From contig NC_086097.1 in NCBI RefSeq assembly GCF_963921235.1, positions 82,338,001 to 82,402,000 of the forward strand: a DNA stretch of 64,000 nt, read 5' to 3'. Both the position numbers and the translations under genes were made by a program. Under the pieces are notes generated by a model. That model was not told the origin of the DNA and ran no database searches. It saw only the letters and a program-made list of their open reading frames with translations. Every line of letters starts with the position of its first letter. The stretch's first letter is position 1. Shown piece by piece: positions 12,890 to 25,209 of the stretch. Source of the stretch: Mobula hypostoma. Its lineage: Eukaryota.

Positions 12890-13545
12890 TTAATAAGGCC
12901 AGCTTTTGGTTTGCTGGCCTTTATTAATCAGACCATTGAGTATAGGAGTTGGGATGTAATGTTGAAATTGTATAAGGCATTGGTAAGGCCAAATTTGGAG
13001 TATTGCATACAGTTCTGATCACCGAATTATAGGAAAGATGTCAATAAAATTGAGAGAGTACAGAGGAGATATACTAGAATGTTGCCTGGGTTTCATCTCC
13101 TAAGTTACAGAGAAAGGTTGAACAAGTTAGGTCTTTATTCTTTGGAGCGTAGAAGGTTGAAGGGGGACTTGATAGAGGTATTTAAAATTATGAGGGGGAT
13201 TGATAGAGTTGACGTGGATAGGCTTTTTCCATTGAGAATGGGGGAGATTCAAACAAGAGGACATGAGTTGAGAGTTAAAGGGCAAAAGTTTAGAGGTAAA
13301 ATGAGGGGTAACTTCTTTACTCAGAGAGTGGTAGCTGTGTGGAACGAGCTTCCAGCAGAAGTGGTTGAGGCAGGTTCGATGTTGTCGTTTAAAGTTAAGT
13401 TGGATAGATATATGGACAGGAAAGGAATGGAGGGTTAGGGGCCGAGTGCAGGTCGGTGGGACTAGGTGGGAGTAAAAGTTCGGCACGGACTAGATGGGCC
13501 GAGATGGCCTGTTGCCATGCTGTAATTGTTATATGGTTATACGGT
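12890..13545 (+). mobile_element. CR1 LINE 3' end
   Basis: RERLNKLGLYSLERRRLKGDLIEVFKIM...TRGH...NFFTQRVVAVWNELP; tail TGTAATTGTTATATGG. Confidence 0.95.
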
Positions 13546-14029
13546 AAAAATACTCTATGTAAATATTGTAAGATGTATGTATTTTGATCATAAATTTTAC
13601 TTTAAACTTTGAAAGTTAGATTTGTTTTGAGGGGAAGAAAGGAAAAGTGTGAGGGTGGAAAAGAGGCGACATTAATAAAAGGGATTATTGATGGAAGGCA
13701 CTGGTAAGTGATTATGGCATCGTTTTGAACAAGAGATGCATCTGGAGTAGAGTTGACAGTTGCATTAAACTCAGTCATGAATCCAGACACCTGCAATGTG
13801 CTCAGTCATCATGAGATCCTCACCAGGTGAGGAGAGAGACTTCAGAGTGGCATAGGATAGAATTAAGATGACATGTCCAGAAGCTTAGAAACTTTCTGCT
13901 GTTTCGAACTTGTGGCTTGTTCTATATTTAGTGTGCTCAAGACAAGAAAGAGCCTGTTACTTCTGAAATGTCCGCCCTTTTCCTCAATCAAATGTTCCTT
14001 CCTCCCCATCCCCAACTACTGTTAATCTG

Positions 14030-14282
14030 TATTTACTTATTTAGAGATATAGCATGGAACCAGCCCTTCCTGCCCACCAAGCTACACTGCCCAGCCTAAC
14101 ACTGGCCTAAACACAGGGCAATTTACAATGAACTATTAACCCACTAATGTGGGAAGAAACCATAACGGAAACCCACACTGCATGAGGAGAATGTACAATC
14201 TCCTTACAGACAGTGTTGGAATTGAACTCCAAACTCCAAGCTGTAATAGCATTACTCTAACCACTACATTACCGTGGCACCC
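14030..14282 (-). mobile_element. V-domain SINE (decayed)
   Basis: Reverse complement of the SINE at 9748: GGGCAATTTACAATG, GGAAACCCAC, GGAATTGAACTC. Confidence 0.75.
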
Positions 14283-14582
14283 TTGTCTTACCTATAACCA
14301 GCCTGGTAGAATCATTCAACATCCGATGTGATGAAATCGAAGGTGTGTGAAAAAGATGAGCTGTGCATCTTGTTTCTAGTAACTGAGGACTGGATAAATG
14401 TGTCCTGAGGCTGTAATCTACGTAATGTCTGATATTCAAAGGTTGCAACACAGTTTGAAGCAAGGTGTCCCAACATATTAGAAGCAAAGCATAATTGAAT
14501 TACAAACGTATTTGATGTCGGAGTTGAAATGGACATCAAGTTTCTGCAGATGGCTGCCTAGGTTCAGAATAGTGCCATTGTC

Positions 14583-15457
14583 ATATAACCATATAACCAT
14601 ATAACAATTACAGCATGGAAACAGACCATCTCGGCCCTTCTAGTCCGTGCCAAACCCTTACTCTCCCTAGTCCCACCGACCTGCACTCAGCCCATAAACC
14701 TCCATTCCTTTCCTGTCCAAATAGCTGTCCAACTTAACTTCAAATGACAACATCGAACATGCCTCAACCACTTCTGCTGGAAGTTCGTTCCACACAGCTA
14801 CCACTCTCTGAGTGAAGAAGTTCCCCCTCATGTTACCCCTAAACTTTTGCCCTTTAACTCTCAACTCATGTCCTCTTGTTTGAATCTCCCCCACTCTCAA
14901 TGGAAAAAGCCTATCCACGTCAACTCTATCTATCCCCCTCATAATTTTAAATACCTCTATCAAGTCCCCCCTCAACCTTCTACGTTCCAAAGAATAAAGA
15001 CCCAACTTGTTCAACCTTTCTCTGTAAGTTAGGAGCTGAAACCCAGGTAACATTCTAATAAATGTTCTCTGTACTCCCTCTATTTTGTTCATATCTTTCC
15101 TATAATTCGGTGACCAAAACTGTACACAGTACTCCAAATTTGGCCTCACCAATGCCTTGTATAATTTCAACATTACATTCCAACTCTTATACTCAATTCT
15201 CTGATTTATAAAGGCCAGCATACCAAAAGCTTTCTTCACCACGCTATCCACATGAGATTCCACCTTCAGGGAACTATGCACCATTATTCCTAGATCCCTC
15301 TGTTCTACTGCATTCTTCAATGCCCTGCTGTTTACCATGTATGTCCTATTTTGATTAGTCCTACCAAAATGTAGCACCTCACATTTATCAGCATTAAACT
15401 CCATCTGCCATCTTTCAGCCCATTCTTCTAACTGGCCAAAATCTCTCTGCAAGCTTG
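14583..15457 (-). mobile_element. CR1 LINE 3' portion with open RT C-terminal ORF
   Basis: ORF 14667-15457: LQRDFGQLEEWAERWQMEFNADKCEVLHFG...LYKALVRPNLEYCVQFWSP; (TTATATGG)n tail. Confidence 0.95.
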
Positions 15458-15471
15458 AATACTGAGCTTGC

Positions 15472-16198
15472 TCACTTGAATACAAATGGTCAACTTTCTC
15501 TTTAGTCAGTATTCTACTGGCTATTAGAACTATTAGATCAGCCATGATCACAGTGAATGGCGGTGCTGGCTCGAAGGGCCGAATGGCCTACTCCTGCACC
15601 TATTGTCTATTGTCTATTGTCTAACTTCATGATTAACTTTAGCACAAGCGAAAAGCAGGTTTGTTCAAAACTTTTGCAAGTCAGAGTGCTCCTACAATAA
15701 GATACTTAAGCAATTCCTTTTGGACGCTGGTTGCCTTCTGAATGTTTGTATGCACTCGCCTATCCGAGTGTTACTTTTGGAATTTCCTCAGGAAATAAAT
15801 CATTTTGTTTTGTCTTATTAATAACAAAAAAAATTGAAGGAACATTTGTTATCATTTCACAATGAAGCTGAGTGACAGATTGTCACTTGAATACAAATGG
15901 TCAACTTTCTCTCTAGTCAGCATCCTGCTGGCTATTAGAACTTCATGACTAATTTTAGCACAAGCCAAAAGTACATTTTTTCAAAACTTTTGCAAGTCAG
16001 AGTGCTCCTACAATGAGAGACTTATGCAATTCCTTTTGGATGATGGTTGTCTTCTGAGTGTTTGTATGCACTCGTCTATCCCAGTGTTTCTTTTGGAATT
16101 TCCTCAGGAAATAAATCATTTTGTTTTGTCTTATTAATAACAAAAAAAATTGAAGAAATGTTTGTTATCATTTCGCAATGAAGCTGAGTGACAGATTG
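15472..16198 (+). repeat. Diverged tandem duplication of a 316-bp unit
   Basis: Copy 1 at 15472-15882 (contains a 95-bp insert), copy 2 at 15883-16198; both start TCACTTGAATACAAATGG and end GTGACAGATTG. Confidence 0.95.
15530..15620 (+). mobile_element. Short CR1/HE1-type 3' tail insertion
   Basis: TCAGCCATGATC...GGCTCGAAGGGCCGAATGGCCTACTCCTGCAC+(CTATTGT)3; flanked by AACT; absent from duplicate copy 2. Confidence 0.9.
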
Positions 16199-18469
16199 TG
16201 TTGACAGCTAAACAAGTCGGTAAATTGCTCGAAGGGGTTTTCAAAATGCTCAGACACATTGTGCAAGAGTGGAAGGTGTGTGGGAGAGGGAAGCTATTAA
16301 AATGCAGAAATCTAGATTTTGGTTAACGTTTAACTTGTTCAGGCAGCAAACGCTACATTGTTCAAATGGTTTTAGTCACACCGGTGCCCTTGTCCTCTTT
16401 ATTGGATCACATAGCAGAAACTAATCTAGTTTGTTTCTGTTACTATTCATCAGTTATGTTTGTCCACTGTTTATCAGATTGCTTTCTATACCGTCAATCT
16501 GTTGGACTGCAGCAGACTGAAAAATTTACCATTGGCCTTGTTAAACCTGATCAGTTTAAATACTAACCATGCACCAAAACACTTGTCAGTAAGGGCTTTT
16601 GAACTCATGTGAAGATGTTAAGCAGCGAGCAATATAGCACAGGTACAGGCCTTCAGCCTAATGAAACCATGCCAACCATTGGATTAATTAACTAATCCTC
16701 ATTTCCTGTGTTTAACCCCTCCCTCTTAAGCCCCATTTTGCCATGTACATATCTAGATATTTCTTAAGTGATATTATTGTACCTGTTTCAACCATTCTCC
16801 CTGACAGTTTGATCCATAAACTCACTCACTCCCCTCTGTTTAGAAAAAGTTGCCTCAGGTCCCATTTAAATCTTTCATCTTTCACCCAAATCTATGCCCC
16901 CCTGTTTAGTTCTCCCCGACTGTGGGGAAAGGTTTACCATTCACCTTGACTATGCCTCTCAGTTGTAATCATTTCTGTAAAGGCCTCATTCTCTTGTATT
17001 CCAAGGAAAAAGGATTAGCCCGGCAAACCTCCTCCCTATCACTCAGGCTCCTTAGTTACGGCAATATCTGGTAAACCTATTCTACATTTTACAGTTTAAC
17101 CACCCCTTTCCTATAATGTTGTAATAACAACTGTACACAGTACTCCAAGAGCAGCCTCACCAGTGTGTTATACAACTTTAACATCATGTCCCATCTCCTT
17201 ACTCAGCGCCCTCTCTGATGAAGGCCAGCGTGCTAAAACCGCTTTTTCACCTCCACCTGTGACACCACTTTCACAAACTGTACCTGTAATTGTAAGTACT
17301 CCTCTCCCCCATTCCATTACACTGCCTTGTGGCCACCATTCATAGTACAAGTCTGGTTTGACTTTCCAAACTGCATCACCTCACACATACCTATATTGAA
17401 ATCCATTTGCTTCTCCTCATTTCACTTCTGTAAACGAACAAGAACCCCTTGTAATCTACAATAACCTTCATTGTCAACACTTACTTATGTTTTGCCATCT
17501 GCAAACTTGCTGATCAAACTTTGTGAATTCACATTCAAATCATTTATACAATTAATGTCTCGCAATCATTCCCAACATTAACTCCTATTGTACTCTACGG
17601 GTCACCAGTCTCTTATTTTGAGAGAAAAAAGACTTTGGCCACCCTCTACTTTGTACCTTTGAGTCAAATTTGAATCCAGCTAACTACTCTCCCTAGATTC
17701 CATGGGACCCAACTTTCCATCCAGCCTCTTAAGCAGGTCCTTAGGAAAGGCCTTGCTCAAATCCAAATAGACAAAATCCACAGGTCTAGCTTCATTTATC
17801 TTTTTGGTTGCTTCAAAAAAAAATGAGAACAACCTCTCATACACAAAGTCCTGCTGACTCCCAGTCAGACCACCTATCCAAGTGCTGATAGATTCTGTTT
17901 CCCAGGATTCCCGCTGGTAACTTCCTGATGAGCCTATAGTTTCCCAGCTTGTCCTTGTTATCTTTTTAATGGGATATTAACCACCGGTATAGTTCACAAA
18001 GACTGGAAGGTGTCTAATAATGAAACAAATATCTCTGCAAGAGCCTCTGTAATTTTTTCTCAAGCCTCCCACAAAGTCTAATGATGCATTCAATCAGGCC
18101 TTATGGATTTATCTACCTTATTGTGCTGCAAGTACCTTCTCTCTGGTAATAGGAATGTCCTCCAAAACATTTCCACTCGTTTCCATCGTACTGAGCGACC
18201 ATGATTTTCTTCTCAGGAGAAATATTTGTCAAAAATCCTATCCATCTCCTGTGGCTTGACACGCAGGAGACCTGGCTGATCGCTAAGAGAACCTACTCTA
18301 TCTCTAGGCATCCTTCTAACATAGCTATAGAATCTCTTGGATATTTTTGCCAACCTTACCTGCCAGATCCATCTCATACCCTTTCCTTGTCCTCCTGATT
18401 TCCCCCTTAATCTTATTTATAGTCAAAGGGTTTTACTCAATCCCAACTTCCAAACTGCATGAATCTTTC

Positions 18470-18990
18470 TGTCATGGTCCCGACCGTTGATTCCTCATAT
18501 TCTCCTAATTCCCTTTTCCCTGTGTTCTCCTGGGCTCCTTGATTGCAGCACCTGATTCTCATCTAAACCTGCAGCATAAAAACCCCGGGTTTGCATCCAC
18601 TCATCGCCAGATCATTGTTTTAGCCAGTGTGGTAATTCACATTCCCGGCCACTTAGGATTGTGTATTCTAAGTTTTACTTCAGTACCGAGGTTTACCTGT
18701 GTAACTGTCTCTCCGTGTCAAGGTAAGCATTGCCTGCCGCTTGCCTTTTCCGTTTGCCATTCAACTCCAGAAACGCTCCATGTCAAGGTAAGAATTGCCT
18801 GCCGCCTGTCTCCTGTTTGCCGTTCAGCTCCAGCAACGCCCTGTTTCAAGTTAAGTTTTGCCTGCCTCCTGCTTTTCCATTCACCCTCCTGTTTGCCGTT
18901 CAGCTCCAGCCACGCTCATGCCCTTGTCTGCATCCTAACTCTATCTCTGTGCCTGTGTCCTGCATTTGGGTTCGCCCGTTCTCTGCAACA
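18470..18990 (+). mobile_element. Solo LTR (Gypsy-type)
   Basis: TGTCA...CAACA ends; 5-bp TSD CTTTC/GTTTC (1 mismatch); TATA-like CATAAAAA ~18575; internal ~65-bp tandem repeats 18710-18910. Confidence 0.85.
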
Positions 18991-19747
18991 GTTTCCTTCT
19001 TTCTCTTGACCAGAACCTCAATCTCTTGTCAGCCTTAAACTTGCCAGGTTGACACATCACCCTGACAGGAACATGTTCCTCCCGGATGCTTGGTATCACA
19101 GTCAGAGAACTCTAGCTTGCTGTTTGTTCCTTTCCCTTCAAATAGGTTTGATACAGCTAGATCATGCCTAATTGTACCAAAATTGGCCCTGCTCCACCCA
19201 AACTTGTGCACCTGCCGTGTTCCTTTTCCATCGCTATATTAAAACCAATGGAATTACAGCCACTGGAGCCAAAGTGCTCCTTGTCTGCTACTTCAATTAC
19301 TTGCCCTGCCACCTTCCCTAACAGGAGGTCCAGTATTGACTTGGGAATTTTTTGTGGACATATTTCATAAATTCCACACCATGCAGGCTCTTAATGCTCT
19401 GGGTGGCACAGGTAGTACTGGGGAAGTAACAATCTCTCACTAATACAATCCCTTGAAGTAAAACTGTTATGTCCTCCCTTATCAAAAAGACTATGGCCCT
19501 TTCTCACTTACCTGTGTCTCTGCCATGCCTGTATCCTGGAGTGTTGAGCTGCCAGGCCTGCCTTTCTCAGTCATGTTTCTGTTATACATATGACATCCCT
19601 ATCCTCAAAGCAAATCTGCATTCCAAGTTCATCTGTCTTATCTTTCAAGCAACTTAACTGAATATTTATTCCTTTCCCTTCCTTTACTCTGCCCCTGGCT
19701 ATCATGATTATCAAACTTGCTATCACTGACTGCTGCTTTATTCAATG

Positions 19748-21001
19748 CAGACATCCCACCTCTCCTGGAAGTTCCGTGAGTCTCCCGCATATTAATAGTG
19801 GCTCCCTGATGCCCGCAATTTATATACAATATCACAGAAATCAATTTTTTTGAGAGAGAGCGCAAGGGAGAGCGAGAGCGAGCGCCAGAGCAAGAAAGCA
19901 AGTGCCAGTGACAGCAACCACGAGAGAGAGAGCGAGAGCGAGAAAACAAGCGAGAGAGAGAGAGAGTGAGCGAGAGAGAGAGAGAGCAAGAGCGAGAAAA
20001 CAAGTGCGAGAGAGAGAAAACAAGTGTGAGAGCGAGAGAGAGCGAGAGCGAGAAAACAAGTGCGAGAGAGAGAAAACAAGTGCGAGAGAGAGAGAGAGAG
20101 AGCGAGAGCGAGAAATCAAGTGTGAGAGAGAGAGAGAGCGAGAGCGGGAAAACAAGTGTGAGAGAGAGAGGGAGAGCGAGAGCGAGAAAACAAGTGCGAG
20201 AGAGAGAGAGAGCGAGAGCGAGAAAACAAGTGCGAGAGAGAGAGAGCGAGAAAACAAGCAAGAGAGAGCGAGAGCGAGAAAACAAGTGCGAGAGAAAACA
20301 AGTGCGAGAGAGAGAGAGCGAGAAAACAAGTGCAAGAGAGAGAGAGAGCGAGAGCGAGAAAACAAGTGCGAGAGAGAGAGAGAGAGCGAGAGTGAGAAAA
20401 CAAGTGCGAGAGAGAGAAAACAAGTGCGAGAGAGAGAGAGCGAGAAAACAAGTGCAAGAGAGAGAGAGCGAGAGCGAGAAAACAAGTGCGAGAGAGAGAG
20501 AGAGCGAGAGCGAGAAAACAAGTGCGAGAGAGAGAGAGAGAGCGAGAAAACAAGCGAGAGAGAGAGAGTGAGAGCGACCACGAGAGAGAGAGAGAGAGAG
20601 AGAGCGAGAGCGAGAGCAAGAGCAAGAGAGTTCCAAAAAAAGTCAAGAGTGGTAGAGAGTTCCAAAAATAGAAAATATAAAATGCAGTTCACCCCAGACT
20701 ACACTAAAGTGTACCCCTGCCTAATAGGGGTCAAAAATAATGACAGTGTTGCTCACTGCACTGTTTGCAACAGTGACTTTTCTATTGCCCATGGTGGGTT
20801 AAGACTGTAAAAGACATGTTGAGGTAAGTTTAACAGGTGTCATTCGTTCATTAGCATAGCTAACGTTATTTAAACTAGCTGGCCAGCTACTAAGGAGCTA
20901 CTCTATTGCAGACATCCCACCTCTCCCAGAAATTCCGGGAGTCTCCTGCAAATTGATGGTGCTACCTCCCTGAAATGAGTTTTTGCAGGGTGGGATGTCT
21001 G
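19748..21001 (+). mobile_element. Non-autonomous hAT-like DNA transposon with BED-finger remnant
   Basis: TIRs CAGACATCCCACC / GGTGGGATGTCTG; MQFTPDYTKVYPCLIGVKNNDSVAHCTVCNSDFSIAHGG at 20682-20800 followed by GAG|GTAAGT. Confidence 0.8.
19852..20630 (+). repeat. Complex GA-rich satellite, unit ~(GA)n GCGAGAAAACAAGTGC
   Basis: Directly visible; source of the spurious RE/SL-rich ORFs. Confidence 0.97.
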
Positions 21002-21917
21002 TTAATGACTTGCTATTGCTCAGCGTCCAACCATCCACCCCACCCACCAATATAGTCAAGTCAAGTCAAATTTCCCTCCAAGGTCCCTCTTTGGTTCAGG
21101 CACAACCCATCCCTGTTGTACATATCAATTCTACCCCAGAAGAGATACCAATAGGCCAAGAACCTGAATCGATGCACCAGGTCCTCAGCCACAAGTTTAT
21201 GATTCGTATCCAATTTCTGACCACTTGCACATAGTACCATGAGTAATCGTGAGATCACTACCCTTAAGGTCTTGCTTAATTTCTTATCCAACTCATCCCT
21301 CATTCCATCCAAGTTGTTTGTACGATCCACATGACTGTTCAATCTTCCGCTCAATAATTTTCTGGAGCTACTCACAGACATCTTCTACCTTGACATCTAG
21401 GAGGCAACACACTACTCTGGTATCTCTTCTCCAGGGTTAGAATCTGCTGACTGCCCCCTTGCAGTCTACTTTCTGTCTAACTGCATCTTTTTCCTGTTAG
21501 CCTCAGAGCCAGGCACAGACCTGACTACTGCTGCTAGCCCTTGAAAGAACAGCCCTCTCAATAATACAGAAGGGAATATTCCCACTGCTGAGGGAAATGC
21601 TCTCAGGGAAACCTTGACTGACTACCTACTCCCCTTGCTTTACCCATTTGTCACCCATCTATCTGAAAACTGTACCCCAGCCATAGGCTCTCAGCCTCCC
21701 AGATGGTCATGAGTACATCCAAATCCAGCTGGATCAGTACTTGGGGAGAGAGCGATGTGCTACGCATTCCCACATGTTGCTGGAGGAGCAATCCACTGCC
21801 TAGTTAGCAGCTTGCCTGCACTGATTCAAGTACAAACTGTCCCTGTTGTCCTTTGCCAAAACTCTGTGTTCTTACACTGAGTCACTCTTACAACAACTGG
21901 TCCCAAAATGGCGGTGG

Positions 21918-22070
21918 TTCTTCTTCTTCTTCTTCTTCTTCTTCTTCTTCTTCTTCCTCTTCCTCTTCCTCTTCCTCCTCCTCTTCCTCTTCCTCTTCCT
22001 CCTCCTCCTCCTTCTTCTTCCTCTTCCTCTTCTTCTTCTTCCTCTTCCTCTTCCTCTTCCTCCCCCTCCC
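21918..22070 (+). repeat. (CTT)n/(CCT)n polypyrimidine microsatellite
   Basis: Directly visible. Confidence 0.97.
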
Positions 22071-22639
22071 AACGTAAGGTGCATTACCACTTGGCCCAAC
22101 CTTCTTTTTATTGGCTACTGATAATTAATTAACCATCACCTATTAACTAACAATTAGCCAGTTTACCTCTTTTAAATTTCTGTAAAGTACAACTCACACG
22201 TAAGCCCTGAGGCCTACCTCTGTTAATCTCTCTTCCACTTGCTTCAGGTCTTAATTCCTGTGAAGTGAAACTCCCCGGCAAACTCTGAGAGTTGCCTCTT
22301 GGATGAAGAGTCAGCTATTTGGACTATTTTCTTCTTTCTGGTTCTCCTGTTTAAATTGTAATTTGTAAAGGGCACAAAATGTCCTTTCTTCCCATTGCAA
22401 TATCACTTGTCATAATAGTGATAATGATGGTAAGTGAACAGAAAAGAATACAAAGCAAGCAATTGCAAAATCATTCCAATTGTTAAGTTCTTAAAGGTGT
22501 TAGTCCTAAAATTTACTCTCCCTGCTGGAAGGCAGTAGGCTATTGAAATAAAGGAACAAACCACCAAGTCGTAAATAAACTATTTGCCAGTTACCATTTT
22601 CAGACTATCAAATACACAAGTCCAGTTAACCCTCCAAAG

Positions 22640-24250
22640 TTCTCCTCCTGAAGATTTAAAAATTTATGCCAAATTAGAAGTCATTCTATGCCACTGGTTA
22701 GGCAATAACCTAATGTAGATGAATACTTAACATCCACTGTCCTTGATTCATGCATGCAGCTGGTTTTAAAGGTAAGCACAACCCAGCAGAGATGGTACCA
22801 CAGTGATCTTCATTGTGGAAGCAGTGGCCTGGGAGCCCTCAAAATTGACCAGGTGCCATTGTAGTGTATTGACATCAGATCCAACAAGCAAAGAAATCTT
22901 ATTAATTACCATTTATTGCCCTCCCACAGCTGAGGTCTCAATGCTTCATCAGATGGACGTCACTTAGAAGCACTGAAGGTAAACATAACGAAAATTAGAC
23001 TCTAGATTCTGGTTACCTCCCCTCTGCATTCTCAGTCCTGGTGCAGGTTTTTGACTCAAAACATCAGCCATCACACTGCCTCCAAAAATGCTGCTTGTCT
23101 TTACTCCATTTTATAGCATCTGCAGTCTCTCGCATCTCCATGATTAAAAGTGGACTTACACGCATTCTAAGCAGTAAGAGCAACCTATTTTTTAGAGTCC
23201 TACAGCAAGAGATCACCACCTATCCCACTAGCATCCAACTGACTTCAATCTTTCTGACAACCTTGGATGTCAATTTCCGTCAAATGTTGGTTTGATGTCA
23301 ACAGGTTACATTCCTACCTAATGTCTAGGAACTCAGACCTTTTTAGAACAGGATTGTAATTAGATCTGACATTCAGTAGTTTCAGCAGAACAAGATCAGG
23401 TCAAAACTTTGCAGTCCTGCCATATCCAGTCATGAATGGTGGCAGACAGGTTAACAACTAACAGTAGGAATAAGGTCTTTGAACATTTCCAACCTCAGTG
23501 ATGACAAAGCTAAATTTGAAATCAAAAAATGCAAAACTGCAGAACTTACAATCATCTTTATCAGAGTTTCTGGTCCATCCCAGGGTATTCCTGATGATAG
23601 TACCATCATAAAAGCAAGCGCTCATCGTAATTCATTATAAGAACTGACCAAATTTACTGGACACAATGAACCAGTCATACCTGTAGCAAACTTTTCCAGT
23701 ACCATCACGAAACTGTCATCTACCTGATATGGAAAATTGCTTATATAATGTGCATAACAAGCAGGAAAAGTCAAATATGAACCCCCCCACCCCATCACGC
23801 TACTAACAATCATCAGTAAAGCTGTGAAAGGTTTTTCTGAAAATGCAATCAAATAGGAAGTATTCACGAATAAATTGCTCACAGGTTTAATTCTTGTTCC
23901 ACTGAAACTACTGAGTGTCAGATCTAATTACAATCCTGTTCTAAAAAGGCCTGAGTTCCTAGATATTAGGTAGGAATTTAACTTATTGACATCAAAGCAA
24001 CATTTATCGGAGTTTGACATCCAAGGTTGTCAGAAAGATTGAAGTCAATCGGATGCCAGTGGGATAGGTGGTGAAAACACCCTCATTGGTCTGTGTTGAA
24101 TATAGTACAAAAGAACTTAGACAGAATTGTTGAAGACTAGTTTCTCTGCCAGGACTCTGCTACAGAAGTAGGGCCTGCTTCTTTAGTTGCCTCATCTAAA
24201 GTTTTCCATCAATCATAACAAGATATGGATATGGTGCATATGATGTCCTG
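22640..24250 (+). mobile_element. Old, heavily decayed CR1-group LINE (APE and RT remnants)
   Basis: VAWEP/LGALKID-like APE segment ~22800; PITLLTIISKAVKG, DLIT, LIDIKATF RT segments 23790-24070. Confidence 0.55.
23213..24074. repeat. Inverted duplication, ~183-bp arms
   Basis: 23213-23395 is the reverse complement of 23892-24074 with scattered mismatches. Confidence 0.93.
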
Positions 24251-24887
24251 TGGATTTTATCAGATTAGTTTTTGAGATCACCTTATATTCTACCGGTGGT
24301 CCTCCTTTTAAATATCATCAATCCTATTTGGAGTTAAATAATTACTTTCAATTAATATTCAGAATGTACAGTATATTGAAAGGAGCTCATGAGTCATTAT
24401 ATCTCATTGATCACTTAGTGGGTGGCATAATTCTTAGTTCAATAGTCCAACTTCATTACTCACCTTCCATAGAACTACTCCTGTGCACGTATATCGAATA
24501 GTGATTTGGATGACGCCCATATCAAAAGGACAAAGAGGAAGAATAACAATTGATGCCGTTTTCCCCATGAATCCGGTATGACCAGATGGTTTGCTGTTGG
24601 ATGGGGCAGATTTCTTTCTATGGTCGATGACCATAAATGTCTAAGTTAGATTCTGGAAACCAAGCAAAGTAGTTGTTTTCTCTGTGTGTTATGTGGAGAT
24701 GGACAGCACAAGCATTTTAATGTTTTTGCTAACTATACATCCTTGTCACAGTCAACAATGCCAATCAAGACTTGCTTCCATTTATCCTTTCTCCCATTCT
24801 GTGCAATTGAACCTCTGACCTGTGCCACTCATCAAGCAGTAAAATCCATGCAAGGAAATTAGAATAATCCTTAAATAACTATCTTCA

Positions 24888-25209
24888 CCTGCAAGAGGAC
24901 CACAACCTTGTTGGAGCGTTTGGAGGCTTGCGTGCCTCAAGGATCCGGAGAGCCACAGTATATTGGCTGGAGTTAGGGCCTCGTGCTTTGGCTTTGGTAG
25001 GGTCACCCATGCCGAACAAGCTGAAGGGCAGAGGCCAGACTAAGAGCAGTCCACCGGTCCTCCAGGTTCAAGGGTTCAGCTCAGGGTTAACAACCCTGAC
25101 TGAAAACAATTGTTACTGAAACAGCAGTGAAAACTCCTTCTATACAGACAGAGATGGAGGACTTTCACTGCTGCCTTAAATGCCAGAGGCACAACCAGCA
25201 ATATGTAAC
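24888..25209 (+). mobile_element. Bipartite non-autonomous RTE derivative (5' UTR fused to 3' end)
   Basis: GGACCACAACCTTG...GGCTTGCGTGCCTCAA...GGGTCACCCATGCC resembles RTE/BovB 5' UTR; ends AGATGGAGGACTTTCACTGCTGCCTTAAATGCC; 12-bp TSD TAACTATCTTCA/TAATTATCTTCA. Confidence 0.75.

Larger units (their letters stand above)
16610..21830 (-). mobile_element. Near full-length decayed CR1 LINE (ORF1 esterase, APE, RT) interrupted by a solo LTR and a hAT
   Basis: ORF1 SGNH-like FRFLAYWYLFWGRIDMYNRDGLCLN at ~21090-21180; ORF2 remnants 16800-19700; CR1 3' tail near 16620-16760. Confidence 0.8.

Noticed and set aside
16208..16275. Candidate + strand exon (KQVGKLLEGVFKMLRHIVQEWK)
   Set aside because: AG/GT present but weak splice context, no recognisable homology and no linked exons; needs RNA-seq or tBLASTx
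19638..20810. Long RE-rich and SL-rich ORFs (176-332 aa)
   Set aside because: Translation of the GA satellite; only the last ~40 codons are a transposase remnant
21846..22132. Poly-S/F/L/K ORFs
   Set aside because: Microsatellite artefact
24473..24575. Candidate + strand exon (TTPVHVYRIVIWMTPISKGQRGRITIDAVFPMNP)
   Set aside because: Plausible splice sites and some CpGs, but no recognisable protein; unsupported without expression or conservation data
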